Part shown: in pieces, positions 1 to 13,200 of the stretch
Numbering within the stretch: position 1 is the first letter of the stretch
How the letters are laid out: each line of letters begins with the position of its first letter
Assembly (NCBI GenBank): GCA_000708835.1
Contig: DF237134.1
Location: 92,815-156,814 of the forward strand
Reading direction: 5' to 3'
Length of the DNA: 64,000 nucleotides
Origin: Klebsormidium nitens
Lineage: Eukaryota; Plantae; Klebsormidiophyceae
Position numbers and translations under genes: made by a program
The notes under the pieces: model-generated
Told to the model about the DNA's origin: nothing
Databases searched by the model: none
What the model saw: the letters and a program-made list of their open reading frames with translations, nothing else

Positions 1-28
1 ATGAAGGCAATCAGGCAGGGCACTCACC

Positions 29-1596
29 GACGATTGGGTTGGCCTTGTTCCGGTCGTCGAATGAGTTGAACTCGAACATAAACCCTGGTTTCTGCAGGAA
101 GTTGAGACCTTGGTTGAGGTGTACCTAGTCTGGAAATCAAGCAACAAATGTTCCGACTTTGTGGGTACCACTAGACCTTTGTAGGGCTATTTCCACGAAT
201 TGTATTGCTTTTGTTTCTATTTTCTTGTTAAGAGCTCAGTCGGCAACATAGACAATTGGTCAACATGTAACATGAAGCATCCAAAAGGCAAAATACTATA
301 GCACGGACCTTATTTGCACAAAAGATTCATCTGAATGTCAAATCTGGAAGTTACTCGTTGAGAAAATGTCTGGCTAACAAATCTCCGCCTTTTGAGTTTG
401 CAAAGAGGCAAGAGCTGTACCTTGGGATCCACGTCTGTCATCAGCTTCATGAGCGCCTTCTTCGACTCCTCCTTTGTGTTGAAGTGCTCTGATGCAACAA
501 AGAATAGAACTGGACCATCGGAGAACGCTTCTTGGGGCCCACCATTGAAATATTAGATTGAAAGCAGCAGCTATCACATGGTCGAGAGGATGGTCATCGA
601 AATGGGAGCGAAACCACTGTAAGTGTCACCACATTAATGGGGCGTGCGTGTGTACCACCACTACAAACTCGCCAGGAGGTGAGATTTGCCTGTTCACACC
701 ATCGCGCAATGTCAATGATTCGCTCATTCATGCCACCAGTCAAGGCATAAACCAAGGAGAGAATTACAATGCTTGATCGCACTGCGGCTATACTGTCTCT
801 GTTTTCCTGGGACTACTTTCCTCAAACTGGCTATCATAGCCTACCCAACTGCAGTGATACATAACACAACCTGTTCTGATCTCAGTACTGATTATTTGAC
901 CCTCAATATGGCGTACCACCTCAAATAGGATCTAGGAAGATGGGGGAGATGAAAGAGCTCACTTTTAATGGTCTTGAAGTCGATGGAGAGGGGCGTAGCG
1001 GCCCCAGGGTTGTTTGGGGTCCATTTCGCGAATCTGGGGGTCTGCACGGCCAGAGCAAATGGTGGTATGCTTTTACAATCCTCCCCACGCTGCTGACAAT
1101 GATTCCGTTGGGGCCATGTGCTTGAAAAAGTAATTTAATACACCAGACAATATTGGCACCCTCTGGACGAAAGTGGGTTTCTAGGGGACCAACTTTGTAG
1201 CACGCTGCTGCAACTGATCACGCCCATGTGTTTCATACCACAAGGAACAAACACAGCTAGTCCTGTTTGATTTACATGCGACACCACACTTTCCGTCCTG
1301 TAATACTTCTCAGAATAAACTGTAAATGACCTCGGAACTAAAACGTCGAAAGAACATGAAAGATTTCAGGATAGTGCCCATCACTTGGCTTCAAGTATGA
1401 GCACTGGCGCAGCATTGGCGCCAGCGATCAGGATTTCGGTTGCGGCTCTCACCAGCATGAGTACTCCCTCCAGCCCCGCCTCCTTCATTGATGGCTTGTA
1501 CTTGGCGCGGACGGTTAGCAGAACGCTCTCTGCCTCCGCCATCGCGTCCTTCTTTCTTATCTCCTCAAGGCGTTCCAAATTGAAATAGCGTTCATG
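29..1596 (-). CDS. Partial multi-exon gene of unknown function, continuing past the left edge
   Basis: Several minus-strand segments are bounded by AG/GT and translate to protein-like peptides: ~1596-1385 HERYFNLERLEEIRKKDAMAEAESVLL..., ~1060-985 TPRFAKWTPNNPGAATPLSIDFKTIK|gtgagc, ~530-420 FFVASEHFNTKEESKKALMKLMTDVDPK|gtacag, and ~125-29 VHLNQGLNFLQKPGFMFEFNSFDDRNKANPIV|gtgagt. No family recognised; the joins are unverified. Confidence 0.4.
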
Positions 1597-3536
1597 GCTG
1601 CCAGCCTATCATAGCCTGATCAATCTTTTGTGCTGAAGCCACATTCAAACCCTATAATCTTCGAAAGCCTGAGGCAAGCGCCAGCGCCCGGGCGGCTGCT
1701 TGAACTCAAACCCAGGGCGCAAACCCCGTCTGGACAGCCTGATCACCACAATACCGCCCGCGGCGCGCCGAATGCGCGCTTCCAGCTTCCCTTAGGTAGA
1801 TGTTAGCGCGGCCTGCTTCTTTGAATGCTGCGTTGAACTTGTGGCGGAGGCGCAAAACATGGCCGGGATGTAATGAAGCTGAGAAAAGTGGACACTGGAC
1901 TAAGACTTATATAGTGGCATTTCTAAAAGTTAGAAAAGCCCTATCGAGCAATCGTGAGCTGCAACCATTCTGTCCAACGCTAATCTGAAGACACCACTGC
2001 AAGTTCAACCACAGACTGGACAGAAACTGAGCAGGTGGGGCCTGTTGTCAGCCTTTGCTCAGATCTCCTAGTCGGCCTATTAGTCTCGGTGCTGAAGTTG
2101 CGTTGGGGTGGTGCTGAGGAATCAAGAGTCTTTGGTTTATGAGAGTCTCCCGCAATGTCCGTTTTAAGGTTCTGCCCTCCCCTATCCACCAGTTGCTTCT
2201 GTTTTCCTCTGTGCGGCGGCAGCATGCTCTTCAAATATGTGACCTGTATCACTTTATAAGGCTAGTGAGCAAGCAGACCAATGAGGAAAGATTGTGGTGA
2301 AGGGGTGTTTGTTCACCAAACTTGTTCAGGTCGTCACAGCCACCAAACTGTCAGAAAGTTGCTTCTACTAGAAGGAGGCCCTATGAGCTGAGAAGCATTC
2401 ACTAAGCTTGAGACTACCGTAGAAGTTTCTTAGCAACATATTCATTGCCTCTGTCTCAACCCATCATCAAGTCAGTCTGCTACTAGCTCAATACCTGCAG
2501 CTGACTGGCTAGTGTACTTGTCCAGCTTTTCATGGATCTATCATCATAGGCTGGCAGCAAGCGGGAGCCCATCAAAAGTCCGGGCTTGTCTGAGGGGTGC
2601 AAGAAGGAGGACTGGAGAAAAGTCTTTTCTGCATGTACAAAGCATCTTAAGTAGTTTGCCTCTCTGTCACTCTCAAGGCCTGGAAACTTCCATATAAGTT
2701 GCTCAAGTTACCTCTTCCAAAGAGCTCTTTGCTTGTTTGCGCAATGCAGGGGATGGCCTGGCGCCATGCGGTCATTCATTTATGCATCACGCGACTTTCT
2801 GAGAGCCCTTGATGCCCTGAACCAAGCCAAAGAGAAAGGTGGGTGGATGTTTGAAGGATCTTCAACAAGCTCAATTTGTAACAAGTCCACAATACAAGCT
2901 TGTTCTTTGAATACGACTCCAGCAGATATGCAGGGACTATGAGACACAGTCATGGTTACGTAAGTATTTGATGCAAGCTCTGACATTTCATGTGGTGACT
3001 GGTCTATGAGATTCAGGCAAAATGCAGAAGGGTGCTTCAACCTGCACTCGCTTTGGTTTGACTTCCTTGTGATTGGTTAAGACTTCCCACAGGTGGAAAG
3101 CTCATACTGGGAAGAGCTCATCTGCCTCCCTGGTCAAGGCCTCCCTTCTTCTGCTTGCAGCAAAACGGCCTATCAGGTTGTGCCTTGCCATACTCTTTGC
3201 CCTGGAGGACAGCTTCGGAGGTACGAAATATGCTCGGCTAACAAGCAGTGACACTCGCTTAATCAAGGAATATAAGAAGAGGAGCCAAAACCGAGGGACA
3301 CATTGAATCAGGCCGATAAAATTCAACCAGGAGGCTTATCAGTGGTTCGGTAAAGAAGGAAAGTCTGGCCTATTTGGTGGTAGTCACGCACTGCAGCCTG
3401 GATCAGATCCTCTTCAGGTAGATATCCCCTGGTCAGTAGTATTCCGAGCAGCTCCTCCCAATCCGCCGAGGTTGCGAATGAGAAGCAGATAGACCCCAGC
3501 CTTGCAGTCAGCTTTTAGTGCCTGCGGGGCAGCGGC

Positions 3537-6453
3537 ATGCAAGCAGCAAGCGCGTGCGCAGTGGCGCCGTACAGGTCGCTTCTTCAGAAGGCTTTCCTGT
3601 GTCTGGTGGCGCTAGCATGGGCGTTTGAGGGGGCGAGTGGCTGTGCTGTCAGCAGGCTGCTGGGCTCTGGTCAGGTGAGTATTTCCTAAACTGCGACCCG
3701 TTTAGTGAATTCGAATGTGGCAAGTCACCTCTTTATCGACTTTAAGGCCCGGGCGCTTTTTGAACTCTTGACCTGCGATTCGCATGAATGAATTGCGGAA
3801 GGGCCGAGAGAGATTGGAGAAAAGGGGGTACTGCTCAAGCCAACAAGCTGCGCGCCAATTCGCCACACGCCGCCTCCGCCGCAGCTCGCAAACGCTTGTG
3901 TCCTTCATCTGACTGCAATGTAGCTATCGCAGAGATGCCTGGTGTATCCGCTTTCCGCTCCATCCAGCTAATCAAGACTGTCCCTCGCCTTGCCGTCGGA
4001 TGCAATAAAAGTCTCCAAATTTCCCAGAGGCAATTTAGATCCCTACCTGATCAGACTTCTTCTCCCATCTGAAGATCAAAATTACTTCCTGCAAAGCCGA
4101 AAGCGCCCACTCTGAGAAAGGCACCTCGGTGTACTTGCAGGCATCGGGCTTCCACACACTCGGCTCTATTTTCGAGTGGCGCTCTCGCGGGGGCGCACTC
4201 CAGCTGGGGAATCCAGGGAGCGGCAGCAGCGGCTGGCGCCTCGCCGACCCCTCGCCCCTCTGCCCCCTCCTCTCAACAGCCCTCTCAGCTAAGCCTCCGG
4301 AATGTGTGGATTCGACCAAGTCGCGGGAAACACGACAATACACGGAGAAGACGCAGTGCGAAGCGGCGAAGTCAAATGAAAGTTGCGCGTGGGAGAGCGA
4401 CGGTCCTGGGGGGCAGTTTTTGGCTGCAGATTGGCCCCCGCTGAAGTCAGTGATCGTCCTGCCGGCCCCGCTGGATCCGGTTTTGCAAACCGCGCTTTCT
4501 GCCAGAGTCAACCTCCGCTGCCCCGACGGTTCGATAGGAGAACCCTCGAACGAAGAAAGAAAGCCGTCGCACATTGGACTGTACTTCCACCGCACACCGG
4601 ATCTAGCTGAAACCTCGTACGAGGGGAGCGCAGATGAAGGCATAAGCGGAGCCGTCTCGGGGGAATGGACGGTCGGGGGAATGTCCCGGGAGCTACAGGG
4701 CTCGGGGGCGCATCGCCAGTTGTTAACGAGACTGGTCCTTTCGCCGAGGCGGAGTTCGAGCGGGGGGCAATCGGTGCGATTCGTGGCTTTGGTGGAGGCG
4801 CTGCCGACCGGAGTGTATGCGGACAAGTTTGAGGTTCGAAGGCTGGCGTCGGATGGAGGTGAGGCGGACAGAGGCGATCTTGTTTTTCCCTTGCTCACTC
4901 AACTCCACGAGAGTTAGAATAGTGCTTGCAGGGGCTTTCAGAACCAACCAGATGCCGCTGTCCTCTCACCAAACTATGTTCACAGGGCCTCTTCTTGAAG
5001 TAGATCTGCTCAGTCTTCCTTGATGCGTCAAGGCTGGGGGGGTCTTGTTCAGGAGGGAGAGATTGATGCCCGGGTTTCCAACCAAATCAAGATTCAAGCC
5101 AGCTGACGACATTGCTGGCAGTCCGCTTATCATTCTCTTCTCAGATGATTTTGCAACTCTGCCGGTCATTCCTTCGACGAGCGGATGCGTTCTTCCTACG
5201 GACGCGTCCGACTCCTTTAGAACGAGTCACCCAGATCCACCTCTCCCTGATTCGCTTCCTCCGCTCCCCGGCTGCTCACCTCCTCTCATTCACGCCGTCC
5301 TCTCGAAGCCTCCACTCTTGTTGGTTTTGCTCCTGTTTACCATCCCTCTAATCAGTACGCTTCGTCGCTTCGATTTTGGCCCGGTGGCCATCGAGCGCCC
5401 CGCCCCCGGGTGCACCCAGTCGCCCTCTCGTAATCTCCACCTTTCTTTGGAAGATTTCACATTCTTCAACCGTCTCTTTGCTCAGCCGCTTCCGTCGCCT
5501 CGATTTTTGGCCCGGTGGACATCGAGCGCCCCGCCCCAGAGTGCACCCAGTCGCTCGCCATTGCTTACGCGCGCCCGGTGGAGCTGCCCGGGGGCGGCTT
5601 CGAGGCGACGTTCGTGCTTCCTCTGCACTCACGCTATCCGGTGAGAGAGCGCGTTCCGTCGCAGCTTTTGCGTGTATCCGTCAGATTCTGGCCAAGACGG
5701 AGAAGGCTCTGATTGCCTTCGTACTCGATGACGCTGCGAAATTGTTGAAAGAGTGTGCTCTGCCGGATCTCCTTCTTATGTTGGAAAAGCTCATCCGGTA
5801 AGAGAGCGCGTTCCGTCACGGCTTCTGCATGTCTTCGTTCGATCGTTGCCAAGACGGAGAAGGCCCTGTTCGCCTTCGTACTCGATGACGCTGTAAAGTT
5901 TTTGAAAGAATGTGCTCTCCAGGGTCTCCTTATGTTGGGGGAACTGGATTCGAGCGCGCGGCTGGCACGCTGTCAAGGGTCAGTCACGACGAGGCCGTAT
6001 TGTGCTGGACAACCACTGTCGTAACTTGATTGCGTTGAACATACGAAAAACTCGTCCTTTCTAAGTTAGCTTCTTCATTCGGTCAGGAAACAGTTTGAGA
6101 ACTTTACTGCATTGTTCATGCAGGCTGTCGCCCCTATTCAGTATAACGGAGCTGGATCACAATCAAGTCCCCAGTTCACTGCGGTTGATATTGGGCCCCC
6201 TCTCTACGTCCTCTGGACAGAGGGCCAGGGGCTTTCCACCGAGGAGGACCTGCGGATGCACACCGAATGGCGACGTGCCACGTGGCAGGGGATCACGGAC
6301 AGAGATACCGTGGTTCAATGGCGGGTCCCCAACGGAAAAGCGGAGCATGCAGATATAGTGCGGGTCGGTACGGTGTTGGTGTGCTTAGCTGGCACCGTGT
6401 ACTTGCTGTCAGTTGTTATGTTGAAGAAGCGAGAACCACGAATCGTAGGGTAA
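3537..6453 (+). CDS. PIGX: GPI mannosyltransferase I subunit PIG-X/PBN1
   Basis: Phase-consistent model join(3537..3674,4141..4858,5486..5640,6124..6453). It has an N-terminal hydrophobic signal, PIG-X-like motifs (GSGAHRQL, VEALPTGVYADKFEVRRL, IFGPVDIERP, LPLHSRYP, WRVPNG) and a C-terminal TM helix (GTVLVCLAGTVYLLSVVML). Confidence 0.85.
5345..5425 (+). repeat. Degenerate intronic copy of the PIG-X exon-3 acceptor and first ~65 nt
   Basis: cag|TACGCTTCGTCGCTTCGATTTTGGCCCGGTGGCCATCGAGCGCCCCGCCCCCGGGTGCACCCAGTCGC aligns with cag|CCGCTTCCGTCGCCTCGATTTTTGGCCCGGTGGACATCGAGCGCCCCGCCCCAGAGTGCACCCAGTCGC at 5486, with a 1-nt deletion. Confidence 0.85.
5638..5950 (+). repeat. 157-bp tandem duplication starting at the PIG-X exon-3 donor
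   Basis: Unit 1 starts at 5638 (CCG|GTGAGAGAGCGCGTTCC) and unit 2 at 5795 (CCG|GTAAGAGAGCGCGTTCC). They differ by 23 substitutions and one 3-nt indel over ~135 aligned nt. Confidence 0.9.
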
Positions 6454-7292
6454 CTCCAGTTACATAGCGCCGATCCGTTACCTGTCGCGTGTTCCTGATC
6501 ATCATGTACCTCGCAGTGTCCTACTTACAAGCATTAAGCAGTGTAGCTTTGTGCACGTCTCATGTCATGCAATACGCGATCAGAGCTCTCTATTGATGGC
6601 TTGCTACTGCAATCAGACCGTCTGTTTTCATGTCGACCGTACTTCATTCGATCAGGTTTTTAAGCAGAAGAGACAAAACGCAATAACCATGGTATACATA
6701 TGCGTCATATACCCTGAAACTCAGGTGCGTGGCACTACTATATAGTCATTGACTATAATCATTGAAAGAATCCCCAAATTACAGGCATGCAGATGCGCGG
6801 GTATGCATTATTGCCCCAGCCACTACACAGTCATGTCATCATCCGGTCCATCAACGTATGATTAAGTTGACGGCTCCTCTATGTATGCTCAGATGCACAA
6901 ATCCGTAATTTGCACACAGCAATCGAGGAGACAAGATGTTGGAACGGATGTACGTTGCCTGGCATCGTAACGTAAGCATCCGACCAGTGATAAGCTGGAA
7001 GATAGCGAAATGTCTTCTGGGTGAGCTTTCTTTAGACCTCTCAAAGAATGCAACAAGTTGTTCATCACAACGGCGCTGGTTATGCAGCGACAGACCTCTC
7101 TACAACGCTCTCTCTTTCTGGGCCAAGCCCTACAGAGTCCTCCAACAGCAATTGCAACTGAAGCTGCGAACTCCGACCGGGGAGCACCATTCGGCGGCTG
7201 GTAAGGCATTGCGCGTAAACGACCTTAGCAGTTAGACCATGACTGGGAAGTACACTCTAAGTGAAGAACCAACCGAACAGCAGTGCTTGAGT

Positions 7293-10200
7293 TCACTCGC
7301 CTTCCTCGTCTTCGCCTTCATCCTCGTCGCCCTGTAAACAATTTCGACAAAAGAGTCAATGACAACCTCATGAATACAAAAGAGAAAAATGGGGGTAAAA
7401 GCGGGTTAACAGTCGCTTGTGGGGGCGATCTTCCGTATCCAGGCAGGTCAGAAGCGCAGGCCGTTCACTTTGCGTTACATGAATCATTGACGAGGCTCTG
7501 CGTCGGCCGTAAAGGCTGGGGCAAAGACCCTGCCAGCATAGAACCTCAACCTCAGGTTATTGACCGTGTTGTGACTTAAAACTCGATGTTGGCGGGTCAA
7601 TCAATCCCACACTGGCTTCTTCGTTCCCCAAGATCCAAATCCTAAGTGGAAATTCAATAAATCCAGAGGCTCACAGCAAACGCGACCTTCAGAGCCCAAC
7701 AAGACACTGAGCATTGAGGCCCAATGAGTCGCCGCAATATCTGATAGACACCCGGTCAATCAACCCAAACCCTGCTTCATGCAGCGGCGAGAAGTGATGC
7801 GCTCACCCCCTCTTCGTTCCCCTCCTCGTCGCCCTCGCCCTCCTCGCCGCCCTCCTGAAATGGACAGACCATTTTTTTAGCGCTGCTCGGTCTACTTCAC
7901 AGCAGCCATGATTTGCAGTCGAATCACTGCGGTGCCGTCCTGCTCTGCCGAGACTGTTCAAACGAAATCAAACTAAGTCAAACAACCACAACAGACACAC
8001 ACTCTATACATAGTCAGTCCGCCACCCAAAACGACGGTCTCACAATCTGGTCCAGATGCGGCTTGCGCCGGAGATGGGAAGTGTCCGCTCAAAAACGGCG
8101 CACGACTGGACCACGAACGCGAGAAAATATGATATTTGAGCAGGGGGCCAGCTGTGACGACCGCAGATCATCTTCTTAGCTGCAAATCGTCTTCCGCATG
8201 CGCAAGTCCCAGGCCGTAAAAGTTGGGCCGATATGAAACGAAGAACAGGTAAAAGAGCAACTCCGCCCGCTTGCTTTCGAAGTCGCTTCGCTCTCGCTAC
8301 CACTTCACTGGATCAAGCGTTCGGTTGGCACAAAAGTCACCTGTCTCGGCCCTTATTCTTGGCCCCTGATGTGCAGAAGATGGTGAGGCAACTGGTTGGC
8401 CGACGTCGCACCAGATCGACCTAATCACAGAGATCCTTGCATATCTGCTTTCGTTCCGCCTTGGCACTTTCTAGTCCCTTATGGAAACCAACAAGCAACA
8501 ATACTGACCACTCCCCCTTCCAGAAACTCACCTCTTCTTCCCCTTCCTCTCCCTCTTCCTCTGCCTCTTCCGCCCCTTCTTCTTCCTCCTCCCCTTCTCC
8601 CCCCTCCTCTTCTTCCTCCTCTTCGCCCTCTTCCTCCTCCCCCCCTTCTTCTTCCTCGCCCTCTTCTCCTTCCTCCCCCTCTTCCTCTTCTTCCTCCTCT
8701 AGTTCCTCCAGCTCTTCTTCTAGATCCTCCTCGCCCTCGTCCTCCTCGTCATCGTCCTCGTCGTATTGCTGCAGAGGGATCCCTTCGCATGAGTCTATGC
8801 ATTTTTAGTCTTCTACAATGTCGCTTCAGCATTAATCCTTTACCACTGCAGGACAGCTGTTTGCGACACCCTTTCGAGGACGTCGGGGGCAATCCGAACA
8901 GGTGCAAGATCCCCGAGTCATCTTCCGAAACGTGAGGTGACCTGTGGGGCAGTTTGCATCTCGGGGAGGTCGAGCATTCAATTCTATTCTTTTCTGTATC
9001 TTATTATTTGTCGCACATCAAGGTGTGCGTAACAACTCCTCGCCGTAGGCACCAATTACACAGCGATCAAGCGAAGAGAAGCTATCAAAGCCGACGTTCT
9101 GGACCGACTTCCTGAGCGACATTCTGAGCTGCTGATTCACTTAGGCAAGCTGCCTTTCGGTTACGAGCACGGAGTATAGCCGTACAAAAGTAGACGGAGA
9201 AGGATCCCGGCTGCAACCCTAGACCAGAACCTTGAGTCAGGTTAGCCGAGATCTTGCAGAGAAGCCCACGACGCCGTCTGACGAGTACCCTCTGACGGAT
9301 TCCCGTTCTAAGGAACTTCGAAAAGTTTCTATCCGTCTCGCTTCTGTGAAATACCCTCAAGAAGGCCAGCCTTCGAAGGTTCGAACGGTCGAAGCCTGTG
9401 TTAGCCGTCCCCGCAGGTGCAAATTCGATAGAGGATCCGAAACCGCGGCCCGTCATGGCCCACAGCCCTTCAGCAGAACAAACAATCGCAGAATTCATGC
9501 GCGGATCAGCACTCACGTCGCTGTTGAAGTACTTGAGCGGGTTCGGCCACAACTCGTCCTTTATTACCTCGGCAATCTGCAGGGGCGCAACGAGTGACGT
9601 CATCACTGATATCCGGACGCTCGGCGCGCACCAACACCAGCTGGCACCGAGTGCAAGGGGAAAACCGGAAGCCCGAGCCTCGCCGTCCTTGACTTTTCGT
9701 ACTTCGTTACAGTGGTCCTCTGACGCTAGTGATGTTCTGCTACGCTCAAAAGATGGCACTTTCATCCAAACGGCACCGCTTTTGGCCACAGAATACTTGG
9801 GTTGCATTCGGGAGCGCGACCATAGAAGCCGGAGTTCGAATCTGACGCGCTCTTTAGAACTGCTTGAGAAACCGGGACCGGATTTCTTTTAGAAGAGGGG
9901 TCGCGATTTCGATTGGCGCTGGCCGACAAGCCAGCAACACCGCCAAAACGTGACGACGAATCCCCACCGAGAAAGGCTAGGTTTTGAGAGACACAGTCCG
10001 GTCAAGTCAGCGGTAATTGTCGGAGTCGACTTGCAGTCTTGCACGGTAACTATGGGCTTGTTACTACGCCCCTTGGACAATGTCCTTGGATATAAATTCA
10101 GGCAAGCAGAAAAGCGCTACAAGCTCTCGAAAGCAGTGCGCGGCGCTCACTTGGTCCTGGTCTTGGGAGGGATCGTACGTGGCGTCGCTGTCGTTGAACC

Positions 10201-13200
10201 ACCGGAAGAAGCTGCGCAGGAACGCGGGAGGTGAGCAAGAGGGGTGAGCTGACGTTACTGACGTCGGCTACTTTGCAACCCGAAAAGCCGGCCCACAACG
10301 GCAGTCCCAAGGTGGACGCAGGCCGTTGTAATGGTCGCTCGGTTCTTTAGCGGCAGTCCCAAGATGGATGCAGGCCGTTAAAATGGGCGCTCGGTTCCTG
10401 TAAAGTTTGGAGGGTTACGAAAGGGGATCGCTGAGCCAGCTGAATCGAAGACGCGCTCAAAGGCAATGTCGGAGTGTCTGGACAGACACCCCCACTTCCC
10501 CTGCTGATTGTGCTTGTAGCATTGACCGTGATTGGCCACGTCATAAGGCGGGGTATCCGGAGCATAGCGCAAACACTGAACGACTGCGACAATAACACCT
10601 CCCTGCCTGCGGGACCTCGACACGCAAGTTTGCCCCGCTCTCTGGCGACACCGTGCTTTTTGCGCTTGCAGGACAGTGGGTGGAGTTACAGCGCACCTGT
10701 CCTCGCTTCTGGCCCGTTTCCGCCCTTGCTCGTCCTTTACGCTGCCCCCGTTTACCAGGTCCTGCATTGAATACACACGTGTGGGTTTGCAAACGTGTTG
10801 TCTTCCTCGTTCTACGGACCCTCCAACTTCTGCCGCCTTCATGTCCACTGCGAGTGCAACCAGTCCGACAGCCCTGCCGCATTCGCGCCCTGAAAAGACC
10901 GAGTCCTAGGCCGATCTTTGGAGGTGATCTTTCGTGAGGAGGGATGTTTTCAAATGTAAAGCCAACGCTAAGCTCCTCCAATTGACTTCCGAAGCCTATC
11001 GGCATTGCCTTTGTTTACTCAAAGCATCCAGATCTGGACAGAAGATTCTTTGTAAGCATCTCATGGCTATCCAGAGGTCGTTTTCGTCATCGGTACAAGC
11101 GGAGAACGAGACAAGTGAATAAGATGGTGCTCGAAAAACTTTTCTGTCGTCATGATGCCATTGGCTGCAGTCCCCTTGCTGACTATCCGCGGGAACACCA
11201 GAGGGGAGAAAGCGAGAAAGGATTTGAATCTGGACACATGTAAACCCTCCACGAAAGCGAGATTAAAGAAACCCAACAGCTTTCGCAGAATGAAACAGCG
11301 CCCGTCTCACCATGCCCTCATTCCAGCGTGGCATGGTTCCCGTCACGGTCACCAGGCCGTCCTCCGAGAAGCGGAACGTTTTACTCAGCCTCTCGTCCTT
11401 GAAGAACGGGTTGGGCTTGAACGTCTGCACATAGCGAAAACCGGTTTGAGTCAGGTTACGGTGGCTTCATATCGTCGCTAACGGTCCTCTTCCCACCCTA
11501 GCCTTCGTTTTGAGTTATGTTGGCAAAACTTGAGCCGTCGGATGTCACCCTATTAATGGTTCAACTGTAGCAACCGCAATGCTCCAAGCGTTCGGAAGCC
11601 CAGCAGCGACTTTGGCGCAGGAAGCCATAGAAAGTCACAGACCTGATTATGCCGATGTTGTGCATCAGGATTACAACCATTCTTGAGTTAGATACGCGTT
11701 TGCTGGGTAAGAGACGGTTAGCCAACCGCAAAACCTTTTGCAAAGCCAGTTCTCACTCTCGCCGGCCATGTAAGAGCAAGGCGGGACAGAAAGCGTACCA
11801 AGGGGGGCAACACGAAATCGCACAGATATGGGCGTGACTGGATTGATGCACGGGCCAAACGATACAACGTAGGTCTGAGCCGGGATTGTCGGCTCACGAA
11901 GGAGATGGTGTAGCCGGACTTGACGTCCTTGAAGTCCTCGACGTTGAGCTCCTTGAGGTACTTGAACACCTTCTGGTCGTCCTCCGACAGCACTTGCGAC
12001 AGCGCGGGGTGGCTCAGAAACTGCACGAGCGGCACGCGGCTTTGGTGTCAGGGAGAGCCGTTACGATAGTTTAAAGCGAGTGCAAAGCAAGGTAGGTCAA
12101 AAAGGAGTCATCGTTGGCACCCGCTCCCCTCGAAAATCCGTCTCCGCAAGAAAGAAAAGGCCCAATAATAGTGAACAAAGGTCTATGTATAAGCACAAAA
12201 GCTCCCGGTTGACAACGATTTGAGAGTTGCTTTGCCAATCTCAACGCGCTGCACGAATCTTGACGAACTAAACTTCTGCGGCGATGTCATACGAAGTCAG
12301 TAGTTGACAGCAGGAGCTACTGTGGACAAATGAAGCCGAGGCCGTTTTGCAGTTCTGAGCCTTGGTCATACCACAGAAGCGGGACTCACGCTTCCAACAG
12401 ACGTCTCTGCGACAAAAGCTGCCCACTGTGCAAAGCAAGCGGTACCACCTCTGACATGAGCCACCAGCTGATTTGTCTGCTTTCTGTACTTCAGTACAGA
12501 TTTCAAGTTTTGGACGCCTACGAGACAGAATAATCATGAGCGGCCTCACCGCTGTGAGCCAGAAGTCGGAGATGCCGCCAATGATGTCATTGCGGCGGTT
12601 GTAGACGGGCCGCCGCACCTCGTTGTACTTCTGCTCCACCTCCAGCACCTTGTCGCTCGCCTCTTCATTCACCTGGCAGGGAGCAAAACGTTGCTTTTCC
12701 AATGACGAATCTCGTCTGCTGTAGGGGGTATTGTCTTGGTCTTGCAGGAGCAGAGGCTTCTTCTGTGGAGAATCTTCCCTGCGGAAACGAGTTCCTTTGA
12801 CATGGGAACCTGGGAACCTGGGAACGTCTGTCCGTTGACCTGGCGGGGACAGACGTTATTTCCTAGGTGGAAAAGTGTGCCTGCTGGAGCAACCTCTATT
12901 TTGAATATTACCGTAGACAGTTCAAGAGTTCACAGGGTCACTGTAGTTGCAGCGCCTGTCACCAGTCGCGGAGCCACCGTACAGAAAGATGACGTGGCGG
13001 TGTCTCGCTCCTAAGTGATCAAACTTGTCAAGAGTGTTGCCCATGCTGAGTCAATCATTGTTGCCATCTTGTTGCCATCTAAATTATATCTACTTTCACT
13101 GACAACCAGCCACCCGATGCGCAAAGGATTGTTATGAGATGATACACATTAATCTCACCGGTGTTGTTTGTCCATCAGTAAGTGGCAAAGCGAAGAAGCC

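Noticed and set aside
2300-3500. Short ORFs (2780-3040, 3102-3326 and others) as a gene or transposon
   Set aside because: The peptides look partly natural but are interrupted by stops. I saw no RT, transposase or integrase motif, no terminal repeat and no consistent splice pattern.
4035-4898. 287-aa minus-strand ORF
   Set aside because: Antisense shadow of the GC-rich PIG-X exon 2.
8396-8935. Poly-Pro/Leu and poly-Ser ORFs on the plus strand
   Set aside because: Reverse complement of the NRP Glu/Gly tail exon.
9085-9892. 240-aa and 164-aa ORFs
   Set aside because: They span one 60-nt NRP exon plus intron; the rest has no recognisable protein features.
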